Positions 13,001-26,450 of a DNA stretch of 64,000 bases are shown one piece after another. The notes beneath the pieces are model-generated. The model was given only the letters and a program-made list of their open reading frames with translations. It was not told the origin of the DNA and did not search any database. Origin of the DNA: Ranitomeya imitator (Eukaryota); assembly GCF_032444005.1 (NCBI RefSeq), contig NC_091285.1:268956001-269020000 (forward strand), read 5' to 3'. Within the stretch, counting starts at the first letter, position 1. Every line of letters begins with the position of its first letter. The translations under genes and the position numbers were made by a program.

Positions 13001-15846
13001 GTCTGCAAAAGTTCCTTTGCTTTGCTAATTTTTATCGTCGCTTCATCTGCAATTTTTCTAGTATTGCTAAACCATTGACCGATTTGACCAAGAAGGGTGC
13101 TGATGTGGTCAATTGGTCTTCTGCTGCTGTGGAAGCTTTTCAAGAGTTGAAGCGTCGTTTTTCTTCTGCCCCTGTGTTATGTCAACCAGATGTTTCGCTT
13201 CCATTCCAGGTCAAGGTTGATGCTTCTGAGATTGGAGCAGGGGCTGTTTTGTCGCAGAGAAGTTCTGATTGCTCGGTGATGAAACCATGCGCCTTCTTTT
13301 CCAGGAAGTTTTCGCCTGCCGAGCGAAATTATGATGTTGGCAATCGAGAGTTGCTGGCCATGAAGTGGGCATTCGAGGAGTGGCGTCATTGGCTTGAAGG
13401 AGCTAAGCATCGTGTGGTGGTCTTGACTGATCATAAGAACTTGACTTATCTCGAGTCTGCCAAGCGGTTGAATCCTAGACAGGCTCGTTGGTCGCTGTTT
13501 TTTGCCCGTTTTGACTTTGTGATTTCGTACCTTCCGGGCTCTAAAAATGTGAAGGCGGATGCTCTGTCTAGGAGTTTTGTGCCCGACTCTCCGGGTTTAT
13601 CTGAGCCGGCGGGTATTCTCAAAGAGGGAGTAATTGTGTCTGCCATCTCCCCTGATTTGCGGCGGGTGCTGCAAAAATTTCAGGCGAATAAACCTGATCG
13701 TTGCCCAGCGGAGAAACTGTTTGTCCCTGATAGGTGGACAAATAAGTGATCTCTGAGGTTCATTGTTCGGTGTTGGCTGGTCATCCTGGAATCTTTGGTA
13801 CCAGAGAGTTAGTGGCTAGATCCTTTTGGTGGCCATCTCTGTCGCGGGATGTGCGTTCTTTTGTGCAGTCCTGTGGGATTTGTGCTCGGGCTAAGCCCTG
13901 CTGTTCTCGTGCCAGTGGGTTGCTTTTGCCCTTGCCGGTCCCGAAGAGGCCTTGGACACATATCTCTATGGATTTTATTTCAGATCTTCCCGTCTCTCAA
14001 AAAATGTCAGTCATTTGGGTGGTTTGTGATCGCTTCTCTAAGATGGTCCATTTGGTACCCTTGTCTAAATTACCTTCCTCCTCTGATTTGGTGCCATTGT
14101 TCTTCCAGCATGTGGTTCGTTTACATGGCATTCCAGAGAATATCGTTTCTGACAGAGGTTCCCAGTTTGTTTCGAGGTTTTGTGCTAGGATGGGCATTGA
14201 CTTGTCTTTTTCCTCGGCTTTCCATCCTCAGACTAATGGCCAGACCGAACGAACCAATCAGACCCTGGAAACATATCTGAGATGCTTTGTTTCTGCTGAT
14301 CAGGATGACTGGGTGTCCTTTTTGCCTTTGGCTGAGTTCGCCCTTAATAATCGGGCCAGCTCGGCTACCTTGGTTTCGCCGTTTTTCTGCAACTCTGGGT
14401 TCCATCCTCGTTTCTCTTCAGGGCAGGTTGAGTCTTCGGACTGCCCTGGTGTGGATACTGTGGTGGACAGGTTGCAGCAGATTTGGACTCATGTAGTGGA
14501 CAATTTGACCTTGTCCCAGGAGAAGGCTCAACGTTTCGCTAATCGCAGACGCTGTGTGGGTCCCCGACTTCGTGTTGGGGATTTGGTTTGGTTATCTTCT
14601 CGTCATATTCCTATGAAGGTTTCCTCTCCTAAGTTTAAACCTCGTTTCATTGGTCCGTATAGGATTTCTGAGGTTCTTAATCCTGTGTCTTTTCGTCTGA
14701 CCCTTCCAGATTCTTTTTCCATTCATAACGTATTCCATAGGTCATTGTTGCTGAGATACGTGGCACCTATGGTTCCATCTGTTGATCCTCCTGCCCCAGT
14801 TTTGGTGGAGGGGGAGTTGGAGTATATTGTGGAGAAGATTTTGGATTCTCGTGTTTCAAGACGGAAACTCCAGTATCTGGTTAAGTGGAAGGGTTATGCT
14901 CAGGAAGATAATTCCTGGGTCTTTGCCTCTGATGTCCATGCTCCCGATCTTGTTCGTGCCTTTCATACGGCTCATCCTGGTCGTCCTGGGGGCTCTGGTG
15001 AGGGTTCGGTGACCCCTTCTCAAGGGGGGGTACTGTTGTGAATTCTGTGGCAGAGCTCCCTCCTGTGGTCACAAGTGGTACTTCGGCTGGTTCTCTCTGT
15101 GAGCTTCCGTTGGTGGAGGAGAGTGGTACTGCGGCTTCTGAGTTTCCTTCCTCAGGTGATGTGGTGAAGTCGTTAGGTGCAGCTCTATTTAACTCCACCT
15201 AGTGCTTTGATCCTGGCCTCCAGTCAATGTTCTAGTATTGGACCTGTTTCCTCCTGGATCGTTCCTGTGGCCTGCTGCTCTGCATAGCTAAGTTCCGCTT
15301 TTGCTATTTGTTTGCTGTTTTTTTCTGTCCAGCTTACTATTTGTTTTTTCTTGCTTGCTGGAAGCTCTGGGACGCAGAGGGTGTACCTCCGTGCCGTTAG
15401 TTCGGTACGGAGGGTCTTTTTGCCCCCTTTGCGTGGTTGTTTGTAGCGTTTTGTGTTGACCGCAAAGTTACCTTTCCTATCCTCGCTCTGTTCAGAAAGT
15501 CGGGCCTCACTTTGCTAAATCTATTTCATCTCTACGTTTGTCTTTTCATCTTAACTCACAGTCATTATATGTGGGGGCTGCCTTTTCCTTTGGGGTATTT
15601 CTCTGAGGCAAGGTAGGCTTATTTTCTATCTTCAGGCTAGCTAGTTTCGCAGGCTGTGCCGAGTTGCATAGGGAGCATTAGGCGCAATCCACGGCTGCCT
15701 CTAGTGTGGTTGGAGAGGATTAGGGATTGTGGTCAACAGAGTTCCCACGTCTCAGAGCTCGTTCTATGTTTTTGGGTTATTGTCAGGTCACTGTATGTGC
15801 TCTGACTTCTATGTCCATTGTGGTACTGAATTACCAGATCATAACA
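10035..15846 (+). mobile_element. Full-length Ty3/gypsy chromovirus (Tf1/sushi group) LTR retrotransposon
   Basis: LTRs 10035-10850 and 15034-15846 (TG...CA, about a dozen differences), 5-bp TSD GGAGC, polypurine tract CAAGGGGGGG before the 3' LTR. Confidence 0.97.
10987..15041 (+). pseudogene. gag-pol polyprotein with one frameshift near 13745
   Basis: Gag, CFYCGDSTHAISDC knuckle, protease FVDSGA, RT YLDD, RNase H, integrase (H..H..C..C; MDF, SDRG, QTER) and chromodomain EYIVEKILDS..YLVKWKGY. aataag|tgatc shifts the frame. Confidence 0.93.
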
Positions 15847-17817
15847 GGAGCGGAGCGTGCGGCTCCATGTATTTCTATGCGGCTGCATGCTCCGCTCCGG
15901 AGTGCAGCCGGCAGGGGCGGGTATGAACATGTGAGACTCGGCCATGTTTCTCACATGTGTGATCCCCGCCTTACTGTAACATGCACATGGATTTCTACAT
16001 GTTCCACTCCATTTTGAGATTTTCTGGAGCAAATCTATCTGCCACATATGACGATACATTAAATATTTCTGGAGACTGTCAAAGTCACACTGCAAAATAG
16101 TAGTTATGGTCGGGGTGGTTACGCCAGGGTTACAGTGCTATTGAATGGCAGGGGTTTTTGCATATGCAATACTCACTATGGCTCCAAATACAGAAGCAGT
16201 ATAACAGCAAGTAGTGGTAATCCACGAGGTGTTGCTAAGTATTGGAGGTGCTTTAGAGGCCGTATGTAGCACTCATGGTTCACCGCTAATTGCCACGCTG
16301 CAGGCGGACTTGCCATTGTTTCAAGTTACAAGTTCAGGTCCATTCAGCAATTTTAGATAAATGGTGAACATTACCCACTGCCTGGTAATCAAATCATAAA
16401 GTCATGGTCCTACGTAATATAAATGCATGCTGCATTTTTTTTACGCTGCATTTTTTTTGTGCGGAAAATCTTCTGCATTTATTAGTTCAAGCAAAGCAGA
16501 TGTGCTGTCTGGAAAACTTATGCCAACTGTGTGTTTAAAGAAATTGGTGAACTGTCCTTTCCTTGGAGTATTTTTTCCTATAGGTACATTTGGAGAGCTC
16601 GTGTAAGGTCCATGGGGCGGTAGTCATGGGCAAGGGGCTGCTGTTTTCCAACAATCTGGCACCCCAGAAATGTCTGCTGAAGTTTGTGGCTGACGTTCTC
16701 ATGCTTCTAAACATCCCATGCTCTTCGTGCCCTCCAGCCTTCTGGCCTCAAACTGCTGCTCAATCCAATCTTTCCTCACTAATTAGGAAGTGCTCCCCTT
16801 ATTCGCTAACCCTGCTCCTCCCATGTTGGGCTGTTCCCTAACGGTCAACTGTTTCTATCTTATGCATCTTACTTGCTACTATACATTAACCTTTGTGCCT
16901 ATATGGTTCTATGCACAATAAACCCACATTGTCATACAACACAATTCACAAATGTTATGTGCAAGGGGAGAGGCTTATCACCATCCCTGTAACACCTTTA
17001 CACTTGAAAAAAAGTTTTTTTTTTGTTTTGTTTTGTTTTTAAAGAAAAAGTGTAGCAACCCTGCATTTCTTTGGCAAAAACACATTTAAAAAAGCATCAA
17101 ATCTGCACCAAAAGCACATAAATAAAGAGAGAAAACATGAAAAAAAATCAATAAAATTCAATAATCAGAGCAGCTTTTCATTATGTATTTTGGTGCTGAC
17201 AGCCGCAGAAAAATAATGCAACACAAAAACATCAGCAATTTTACATTTGGGAACATTGTTTAAACCTACGTTTACAAGGCCACATTTGCAATCAGAATGA
17301 GTTGTTTGGCTCTACTCTTGTTATGGTTCTACTGTGAGTGCAGACAAAAAAATTCACAAAAGTGCACTGCAGTGTGTGAATTCAGTCTAACAAGTATGCC
17401 ATAATCATCAGAAACAGCTTGAATACCATGCAAGTGATTTCTACTTGACTAATTATAATTATGTGATTTCTAGGGGTGTATTTGAATGAGACAATAGTGT
17501 CATCAAAAACTATGTGGCACAACTACAAGCATTTTTGAACAAATTAACAGGACTTAGCGGTGTATTTTTTTTTGTCAAGAATATGTTTCACCTGAAAAAA
17601 CTGCACTACCAAAAGCTGAACCAGAAATGTAGAAATTTAGTTTGCAATTTAATGACAGAATATTGCTTACTAAGAATATGCAGAACTTCCCTAAATAAAA
17701 AGCTGTTACCTTATGTGAATCATTTAGCCCTGAGTGAGTTTCTCCTGCCAGTCACACTTCCAACAATAAAAACTTACTTGCAGACTTGCTTGTTCATTAT
17801 CAGTATTTATGATATCA

Positions 17818-18075
<258 letters not shown>

Positions 18076-18234
18076 TTACCCAAACTCCAGTGCTGGGAAT
18101 AAAAGATCCTCCTCTTCAAAATGCAGGAGGCAATTACTGTGCATCAGCCTAGGATCACACGGGCATATAAAAAAAATCATCCAATCTCCATTCAGGTAAA
18201 AAGGATTCATTTTAATCTGTATTGTTATCCATAT

Positions 18235-18965
18235 GCCGTCCATATGTCATCTATACAGCTTTGGGACTCCAAGGAACCACAGTGAGAGTCATAATCCAGA
18301 AATGGCGAAAACATGGAACAGTGGTTAACTTTCCCAGGAGTAACCAGCAGACCAAAATTACCCCAAGAGCGCAGCGACAACTAATCCACGAGGTCACAAA
18401 AGACCCCACAACATCTAAAGAACTGCAGGCCTCACTAGCCTCAGTTAAAGTCAGTGTTCATGACTCTACCATAAGAAAGAGACTGGGCAAAAATAGCCTG
18501 CATTGTGGATCCAAGATGGAAACCAATACTGCGCAATAAGAACATAAAGGCTTGTCTCAGTTTTGCCAGAAAGCATCTTGATGATACCCAAGACTTTTGG
18601 GAGAATACTTTGCGGACTGAAGAATCAAAGACTGAATTTTTTGGAAGGTGTATGTCCCATTACAACTGGCGTAAAAGTAACACAGTATTTCAGAAAAAGA
18701 ACATCATGCTAACAGTAAAATATGGTGGTGGTAGTGTTGTGGTCTGGAGCTGTTTTCCTGCTTCAGGACCTGGAAGACTTGCTGTGATAAATGGAACCAT
18801 GAATTTTGCTATCAAAAAATCATGAAGGAGAATGTCCGGCCATCTGTTCATGACCTCAAGCTGAAGCATACTTGAGTTATACAGCTGGACAATGATCCAA
18901 AATACACCAGCAAGTCCACCTCTGAATGGATTAAGAAAAAATTAAGACTTTGGAGTGGCCTAGTC
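18235..18965 (+). mobile_element. Degraded Frog Prince-like Tc1 transposase fragment
   Basis: TTVRVIIQKWRKHGTVVNFPRS..KITPRAQRQLIHEVTKDPTTSKELQASLASVKVSVHDSTIRKRLGKN and VKYGGGSVVVW, with frameshifts. Confidence 0.8.
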
Positions 18966-19256
18966 AGACCTCTATATATTTTTCACTCTTTCTTTCATTG
19001 CAACCATTTGCTAAATTCAAAAAAGTTCATTTTTCACATTAATGTACATTTTGCAAATTTAATAAAAAAAGAAAAACTGAAATATCACATGGTCATAAGT
19101 ATTCAGATCCTTGGCTCAGACACTCATATTTAAGTCACATGCTGTCCATTTCTTTGTGATCCTCCTTGAGATGGTTCTACTCCTTCATTGGAGTCCAGCT
19201 GTGTTTAATTAAACTGATAGGGCTTGATTTGTAAAGGCACACACCTGTCTATATAA

Positions 19257-19546
19257 CTTGGCACACTATAATAGTTGTGGTGAAGAGATTTAATGTGATC
19301 CAAAATACATACAGTAGTCACAAACGTTTCAGTCATCAAGACCTTCATCAATGTACTATGAGGTATAAGAGATAATTGTGAGGTTCTCACAGCATATTTT
19401 GAAATGCTCAGTCTGAATGTTATATCTGGTATGATAGATGCCAGACTTTAGAAGCTGGTGTACCCAGAGCCAGTGTGGGGTATTATGGAGGTAGGAGGCA
19501 CCTACTTGTGCACCTTTTTTCACCAGCTGTGCTAAAGATTTTCCCT
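19257..19546 (-). mobile_element. Penelope-like fragment inside Tc1
   Basis: Flanked by a 15-bp duplication CACCTGTCT(A/G)TATAA. Carries a degenerate hammerhead motif at 19315-19358. Confidence 0.5.
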
Positions 19547-19989
19547 CACCTGTCTGTATAAGACCTCACAGCTCACAGTGCATGTCAGACCAAATGAGAA
19601 TCATGAGGTCAAAGGAGCTGGCCAAGGAGCTCAGAGACAGAATTGTGGCCAGGCACAGATCTGGTGAAGGTTAAAACAGAATTTCTGCAGTACCCAAGGT
19701 TCCTAAGAGCACAGTAGCCTCCATAATCCTTAAATGGAAGAAGTTTGGGACCACCAGAAGTCTTCCTAGAACTGGCCGTCCAGCTAAACTGAGCAATCGT
19801 GGGAGAAGAGCCTTGGTGAGAGAAGTAAAGAAGAACCCTGAGATCACTGTGGCTAAGCTCCATTGATGCAGTAGGGAGATAGGAGAAAGTTTCACAAAGT
19901 CAACTATCATTGCAGCCCTCCACCAGTCAGGCCTTTATGACAGAGTGGCCCGACAGAAGATTCTCCTCAGTGCAAGACATATGAAAGCC

Positions 19990-20699
19990 CAATACAGCAA
20001 AACCCAGACTCATATTAAGATAGTGTGCCAAAAGTGATGCAATTGATTACATATTACTCCAAAAATATTGTATCTCAAAAAGGACAAATGGAGTTTTCAA
20101 AACAAAATTATGTACAAAAATCTTTATTGACACAATAATAAACATACAAAAAGACAGATAAACCATGTGCTATAAAGGACACCACAAAAAGTGGTTGCGT
20201 TTAGTACAAAGTATAGCTCCGCCTTGAGGAAGCAGAGTTAACGGACAGTGAAACGCACATCGGGGTTTGGGTGCTGGCGTTTTAGTACCGAGTAAGATGA
20301 TTTTCTGACTGTGTATCATACAAATGAATTTGGGAAACCTTTGATGATTGTAATGTCAGATTGGTTTTAGACCTTGGGCTCTTGACCACAGACCATGCAA
20401 CCCTGGGCATTAGTATAGACATAGGAATAGTATAATGACTGATGGCACTTTTTGCTTACAGCAGGGGGCATTGTAAAGTGACTCTTTGAGCTCAACCAGC
20501 AAGTCCTCTTCTTACCATTACTAAGTTTGCTGCTGTGAATTGAGCTATATTTTGTACTAAATGCCACCACTTTTTGTGGTGTCCTTTATAGCACATGGTT
20601 TTATCTGTCTTTTTGTATGTTCATTATTGTGTCAATAAAGATTTTTGCATATAGTTTTTTTTTTTTTTTAAAACTCCATTTGTCCTCCTTTTTGAGATT
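19990..20699. mobile_element. Penelope-like fragment with inverted pseudo-LTR arms
   Basis: About 150-bp inverted repeat (20070-20219 vs 20532-20698), flanking duplication CATATGAA(A)GCC, hammerhead-like relic at 20219-20265. Confidence 0.55.
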
Positions 20700-22015
20700 C
20701 ATATGAAGCCTGCATAGAGTTTGCTAAAAAAAAACACATGACGGACTCCCAGATTATGAGAAATAAGGTTCTCTGGTCTCATGAGATGAAGATAGATGTT
20801 TTTGGTGATAATTCTAAGCAGTATGTGTGGAGAAACCCAGGCACTGCTCATCACCTGCCCATTACAATTCCAACAGTGAAACATGGTGGTGGCAGCATCA
20901 TACTATGGGGGTGTTTTTCAGCTGCAGGAACAGGATAACTGGTTGTCATTGAAGGAAACATGAATGCAGCCAAGTACAGAGATATCCTGGATGGAAACCT
21001 CTTCCAGAGCGCTCTGGACCTCAGAATTGGCCGAAGGTTCACCTTTTCACCTTCCAGCAAGACAATGACCCTAAGCACACAGATAAAATAAAAAAAAGGA
21101 GTGGCTTCAGAACAACTCTGTGACCATTCTTGACTGGCCCAGCCAGAGCCCTGACCTAAACCCAACTGAGCATCTCTCTAGAGACCTAAAAATGGCTGTC
21201 CACCAACGTTCACCATCCAACCTGACGGTACTGGAGAGGATCTGCAGGGAAGAATGGCAGAGGATCCCCAAATCCAGATGTGAAAAACTTGTTGTATCAT
21301 TCTGAAATAGACTCATGCCTGTACCAGCTCAAAAGGGTGCTTCTATTCAATACTGAGCAAAGGGTCTGAATACTTATGACCATGTGATATTGCAGTTTTT
21401 CTTTTTTAATAAATTTGCAAAAATTACTACATTTCTGTTTTTTCAGTCAAGATGGGGTGCAGAGTGTACATTAATGGGAAAAAATGAACTTTTTTTAATT
21501 TACAAAATGGCTGCAATGAAGCAAAGAGTGAAAAATTTAAAGGGGTCTGAATACGTTCCGTACCCACTGTATGTACAAGAAGAAACATGGACATAGACTG
21601 TAGTATGACGGAGTTATATAGCAGAGCATTTTTAGGCATTCTCCAATCCAGGCAAAGATTATAGTCAGCCAACTTCATACATCTTGTTGATACCGGTACT
21701 GGAAAAACCAGCACCAGTGTTATCAGAGTTGCATATCCGTGTGACATACTTGTGCACATGTGATATATGATACATATTTTTAAAATAAACTGAAGAAGAC
21801 TCCGGAATGTTAGTTCCCTCCCCCTTTTTTATAGAACCAGCAAAGGTAAACCAGAAAGCTGAGAACTGATGTTATGAGGCTGTGAAGGCACACGGATATT
21901 GGGATATTCACAGCCAAATAATATCAACCTGCAGCCACCCAAGGAGCGGCGCATCACATTAGATGCAGCAATTCTGGCTCTTTGCCTAGTGCATTGGCAA
22001 TTGAAGTAATGATAG

Positions 22016-22591
22016 TTGGGGTTCATATCAGCTGTGAATTGTCCAAAAACACAGCTGACATCAAGCCCTGGTGCTAGTAATAGAGAGGTGTCTATCAAGC
22101 AATGTTCCTACTCTTCACAGACACCTGATCTTGCTGAGCGTACCTTGAGCCGTGAGTGGCTGCCGCTAAAGCCTATGGAGCCTAAGAAGGAGGCTCCATA
22201 AGCTTTGGATGACGGATTCGGGAAAATTCGTGGGAAGCCCTGGACTACAATGGACCTGTGTGGTAACTTTTTCATAAAATAAATTAGTGAATGAGGGACA
22301 GTATCTCTTTTTATTTATTTATTTTTATGTGTTTCAGATTTCTATTTGTGGACTACATTGGATTCCCTGGACTACGTTGGACCTGCACGAGACCTCTTTT
22401 TTATATATAAATTGGTTAACCAGAGAAAGAGTTGGGAAGTGTTTTTTTAACTAAAGTATTTTTACTTGCGTGTTCTTTCTTCTTTGTCCTGGGTTAGTAA
22501 TGGGGTGACTGATAGACACCTCTCCATTACTAAAACTAGGGCTTGATTCCAGCTGTGTTTTTGGACAATTCACAGCTGACATCAACCCCAA
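22016..22591. repeat. 82-bp inverted repeat within a non-autonomous DNA element remnant
   Basis: 22016-22097 (ttggggttcatatcagctgtgaattgtcc...) is the reverse complement of 22510-22591 with few mismatches. Confidence 0.65.
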
Positions 22592-22877
22592 TTACCATAA
22601 TCCAAATTGAAACCTGATTGAAATGATAGGTCACTTTCTGATGCCAGATTCCCTTTAAAATCAGCAGGTCAATTTGCAAAAAAAAAACTGAGGGGAAAAA
22701 ACGGATAGAAAAGTATTGTGTCTGTTGACCCTAAATGTCAGTTTGTCCTTCTACTAATGGTTAAAGTAGCATAACACCTAAATATGTCTAAAAAACAATT
22801 ACTAATGACCCCGCTATAAATGAATTCTTAAAACCTTATCATACTGAAACATGTGATTACATAAGCAGAGGCCTTGC

Positions 22878-23061
22878 CTTCATCTTCTCGCCATTTTATT
22901 TCTGCAGGGTTCAAGGAGATAACATTTGGCTGAAGCTTTAACAGATGAATTAATTCCTGGGCTTTTTTCTTCGTACATTCAAATTCTGCGTAGACCTCTG
23001 CCTCAGAGCTGCCATTTTTGGACTTTCTTGATTCTATGTGAATAATGTTCACATATTTTTC
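22878..23061 (-). CDS. tph2: tph2 exon 3 equivalent (ACT domain), 184 bp, GC donor
   Basis: ttcctcag|GAAAAATAT...GATGAAG|gcaagg. Translates EKYVNIIHIESRKSKNGSSEAEVYAEFECTKKKAQELIHLLKLQPNVISLNPAEIKWREDE. The HIESRKS motif and 184-bp size match TPH2 exon 3. Confidence 0.92.
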
Positions 23062-24043
23062 CTGAGGAAACAAATATAAAAGGCAGAGCATTTGAGAACA
23101 AATAACCACCCCTGTTGTTTTATTAGAAATGCCATTTCCCGCAGAATATAAATAATTGCCATGATGAACACTGCAAGCATAAAGCTGGAACTTTGTTCTT
23201 TCATGGACCTTGTGTTGTATGAACTGGTTTGCATATGTCCTGGCACAAATCTACTAAATGCTAATTTTGTCCCGTTTCACCTATCCAGCTGTTTTGCAAA
23301 ACTTGGCATAAATCCAATAGCGCTCTACCAGCTGCTGATTCTTCCTGCTCTACCCCTTCTTTCTTTTATTATTTGTGATAGCAGAGAGGGAAGGGATTCA
23401 GGGTGTACAAAGAAGATCAACATTAGAAAAAAAGGAAAGCATTTAAGTTATTATGGAGGACAGATCATTCCAGCTACAGATAGGATATGATCTTTCGTAA
23501 ACTGTAAAACATGAAAATCACTCGAGAAGTGAAGTCCTATTGACACATGGGAACTAGGAAGATGGCACCACATGCAAAAAAGTTTAAAATTAGGATTAGG
23601 TTACAAATTACATATGAGGGGACCAAAACCAAATGAAGAAAAGAATGCTGATTGAAGCCTGGTCCCTAGAGTTCAGTGACACTGCTATTTTGCATTTACA
23701 TGTCCTATTTCTTTAACCTCTTGCCTTCACAGTCGATTTCCATTTTTGTTTGTATTTTTTGCTTCCCTTCTTCCAAAAGTCACACCTACGATATTTTTGT
23801 CAACATGAGTGGTATGAGGGCTTGTGTTTTTTGCAAGATGAGTTATAGTTTTGAATAATGCCATCCATTCGACCATACAATCTACTGAAAGAAAGGAAAA
23901 AATCCAAATGGAGTGAAATGGTGCAAATATGTATGGTAAAATTGCCAATAATTCTCCAGGTCAGTATGATTCGGTCCAACTGTGATCCAGCAAAAGATCG
24001 GATTGCACTCAGACTTATGTTATTTTATGGAGCCGTGTACATA

Positions 24044-25649
24044 CAGTGGGGCAAAAAAGTATTTAGTCAGTCAGCAATAGTGCAAGTTCCACCACTTAAA
24101 AAGATGAGAGGCGTCTATAATTTACATCATAGGTAGACCTCAACTATGGGAGACAAACTGAGAAAAAAAAATCCAGAAAATCACATTGTCTGTTTTTTTA
24201 ACATTTTATTTGCATATTATGGTGGAAAATAAGTATTTGGTCAGAAACAAACAATCAAGATTTCTGGCTCTCACAGACCTGTAACTTCTTCTTTAAGAGT
24301 CTCCTCTTTCCTCCACTCATTACCTGTAGTAATGGCACCTGTTTAAACTTGTTATCAGTATAAAAAGACACCTGTGCACACCCTCAAACAGTCTGACTCC
24401 AAACTCCACTATGGTGAAGACCAAAGAGCTGTCAAAGGACACCAGAAACAAAATTGTAGCCCTGCACCAGGCTGGGAAGACTGAATCTGCAATAGCCAAC
24501 CAGCTTGGAGTGAAGAAATCAACAGTGGGAGCAATAATTGGAAAATGGAAGACATACAAGACCACTGATAATCTCCCTCGATCTGGGGCTCCACGCAAAA
24601 TCCCACCCCGTGGGGTCAGAATGATCACAAGAACGGTGAGCAAAAATCCCAGAACCACGCGGGGGGACCTAGTGAATGAACTGCAGAGAGCTGGGACCAA
24701 TGTAACAAGGCCTACCATAAGTAACACACTACGCCACCATGGACTCAGATCCTGCAGTGCCAGATGTGTCGCACTGCTTAAGCCAGTACATGTCCGGGCC
24801 CGTCTGAAGTTTGCTAGAGAGCATTTGGATGATCCAGAGGAGTTTTGGGAGAATGTCCTATGGTCTGATGAAACCAAACTGGAACTGTTTGGTAGAAACA
24901 CAACTTGTCGTGTTTGGAGGAAAAAGAATACTGAGTTGCATCCATCAAACACCATACCTACTGTAAAGAATGGTGGTGGAAACATCATGCTTTGGGGCTG
25001 TTTCTCTGCAAAGGGGCCAGGACGACTGATCCGGGTACATGAAAGAATGAATGGGGCCATGTATCGTGAGATTTTGAGTGCAAACCTCCTTCCATCAGCA
25101 AGGGCATTGAAGATGAAACGTGGCTGGGTCTTTCAACATGACAATGATCCAAAGCACACCGCCAGGGCAATGAAGGAGTGGCTTCGTAAGAAGCATTTCA
25201 AGGTCCTAGAGTGGCCTAGCCAGTCTCCAGATCTCAACCCTATAGAAAACCTTTGGAGGGAGTTGAAAGTCCGTGTTGCCAAGCGAAAAGCCAAAAACAT
25301 CACTGCTCTAGAGGAGATCTGCATGGAGGAATGGGCCAACATACCAACAACAGTGTGTGGCAACCTTGTGAAGACTTACAGAAAACGTTTGACCTCTGTC
25401 ATTGCCAACAAAGGATATATCACAAAGTATTGAGATGACATTTTGTTTCTGACCAAATACTTATTTTCCACCATAATATGCAAATAAAATGTTAAAAAAA
25501 ACAGACAATGTGATTTTCAGGATTTTTTTTCTCAGTTTGTCTCCCATAGTTGAGGTCTACCTATGATGTAAATTACAGACGCCTCTCATCTTTTTAAGTG
25601 GTGGAACTTGCACTATTGCTGACTGACTAAATACTTTTTTGCCCCACTG
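24044..25649 (+). mobile_element. Full-length Tc1 element, family A
   Basis: TA|CAGTGGGGCAAAAAAGTATT ... CCCCACTG|TA with inverted repeats of about 200 bp. Confidence 0.97.
24411..25433 (+). CDS. Intact DD34E Tc1 transposase, 340 aa
   Basis: Paired-like [22 protein letters not shown]; 34 residues counted between the second D and E. Confidence 0.95.
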   Translation: MVKTKELSKDTRNKIVALHQAGKTESAIANQLGVKKSTVGAIIGKWKTYKTTDNLPRSGAPRKIPPRGVRMITRTVSKNPRTTRGDLVNELQRAGTNVTRPTISNTLRHHGLRSCSARCVALLKPVHVRARLKFAREHLDDPEEFWENVLWSDETKLELFGRNTTCRVWRKKNTELHPSNTIPTVKNGGGNIMLWGCFSAKGPGRLIRVHERMNGAMYREILSANLLPSARALKMKRGWVFQHDNDPKHTARAMKEWLRKKHFKVLEWPSQSPDLNPIENLWRELKVRVAKRKAKNITALEEICMEEWANIPTTVCGNLVKTYRKRLTSVIANKGYITKY

Positions 25650-26203
25650 TATCTGATTTTTTCTTCAGACAAAGCCGATTGAAGGAAAAATCACATCATG
25701 CCTGCGTTTGAGTTGATATTCAGATCGCTCTCAGACATGTACAGTAAGTCAATGAGTCCGTGGATAACATCAGACAGCACCCAAATGACATCTGTGTGCA
25801 GTCAGTTTTTCACAGACTGACAGAATGGAGAAGATGGAAACAAAATTCTCCATTTTCTCCTCATCCAAGAGAATAGAATCTCTAGGAGCACACTATGATG
25901 AGACTCTGATCAAACTCTAATCAGAGTGTGATTAGCATAAAGAGACGGATTCTCTTTTTTTCTTTTTTTTAAATAGTGAAAAAAAATTCTGAAGTTTGTA
26001 AAAAAAAAAATTTGTGTTTTTGTCGCTATTTTTTGAGATCCATGATCTTTTTATTTATTTATTCATGTCGCTGTTTGAGAGCTTCTTTTTATGTATGGTG
26101 AGATGACAGTTTTGATACCATGTTAAGGTACAATTACTAGTGTGGATCTTCTGATGCACTAGATGAGACTAGCAGTTAAAACTGTCCTCGCATTCAGAAC
26201 ATA

Positions 26204-26450
26204 CACTGCTCAGAAAAATAAAGGGAACACTTAAACAACAGAATATAACTCCAAGTAAATCAAACTTCTGTGAAATCAAACTGTCCACTTAGGAAGCAAC
26301 ACTGTTTGACAATCAATTTCACATGCTGTTGTGCAATTGGAATAGACAACAGATGGAAATTATTGGCAATTATCAAGACATACTCAATAAAGGAGTGGTT
26401 CTGCAGGTGGGGACCACAGACCACATCTAAGTACCAATACTTTCTGGCTC
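26204..26450 (+). mobile_element. Left end fragment of another Tc1 family
   Basis: TA|CACTGCTCAGAAAAATAAAGGGAACAC. Confidence 0.55.

Larger units (their letters stand above)
9958..15970. mobile_element. Harbinger-like MITE split by the gypsy insertion (halves 9958-10034 and 15847-15970)
   Basis: TTA|GGCCGGGATCACACATGCGAGAAA ... TTTCTCACATGTGTGATCCCCGCC|TTA. Confidence 0.8.
18964..21569 (+). mobile_element. Degraded Passport-like Tc1 element with two nested insertions
   Basis: MRSKELAKELRDRIV at 19601, [34 protein letters not shown]. Right TIR ends CCCACTG|TA. Confidence 0.8.

Noticed and set aside
13740-13750. Programmed ribosomal frameshift
   Set aside because: There is no slippery heptamer, and the position just upstream of the integrase zinc finger is atypical. 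A 1-bp deletion or sequencing error is simpler.
24320-25060. 246-aa antisense ORF (also 33360-33938 and 48412-48888)
   Set aside because: These are shadows of the Tc1 transposase frames with no independent features.
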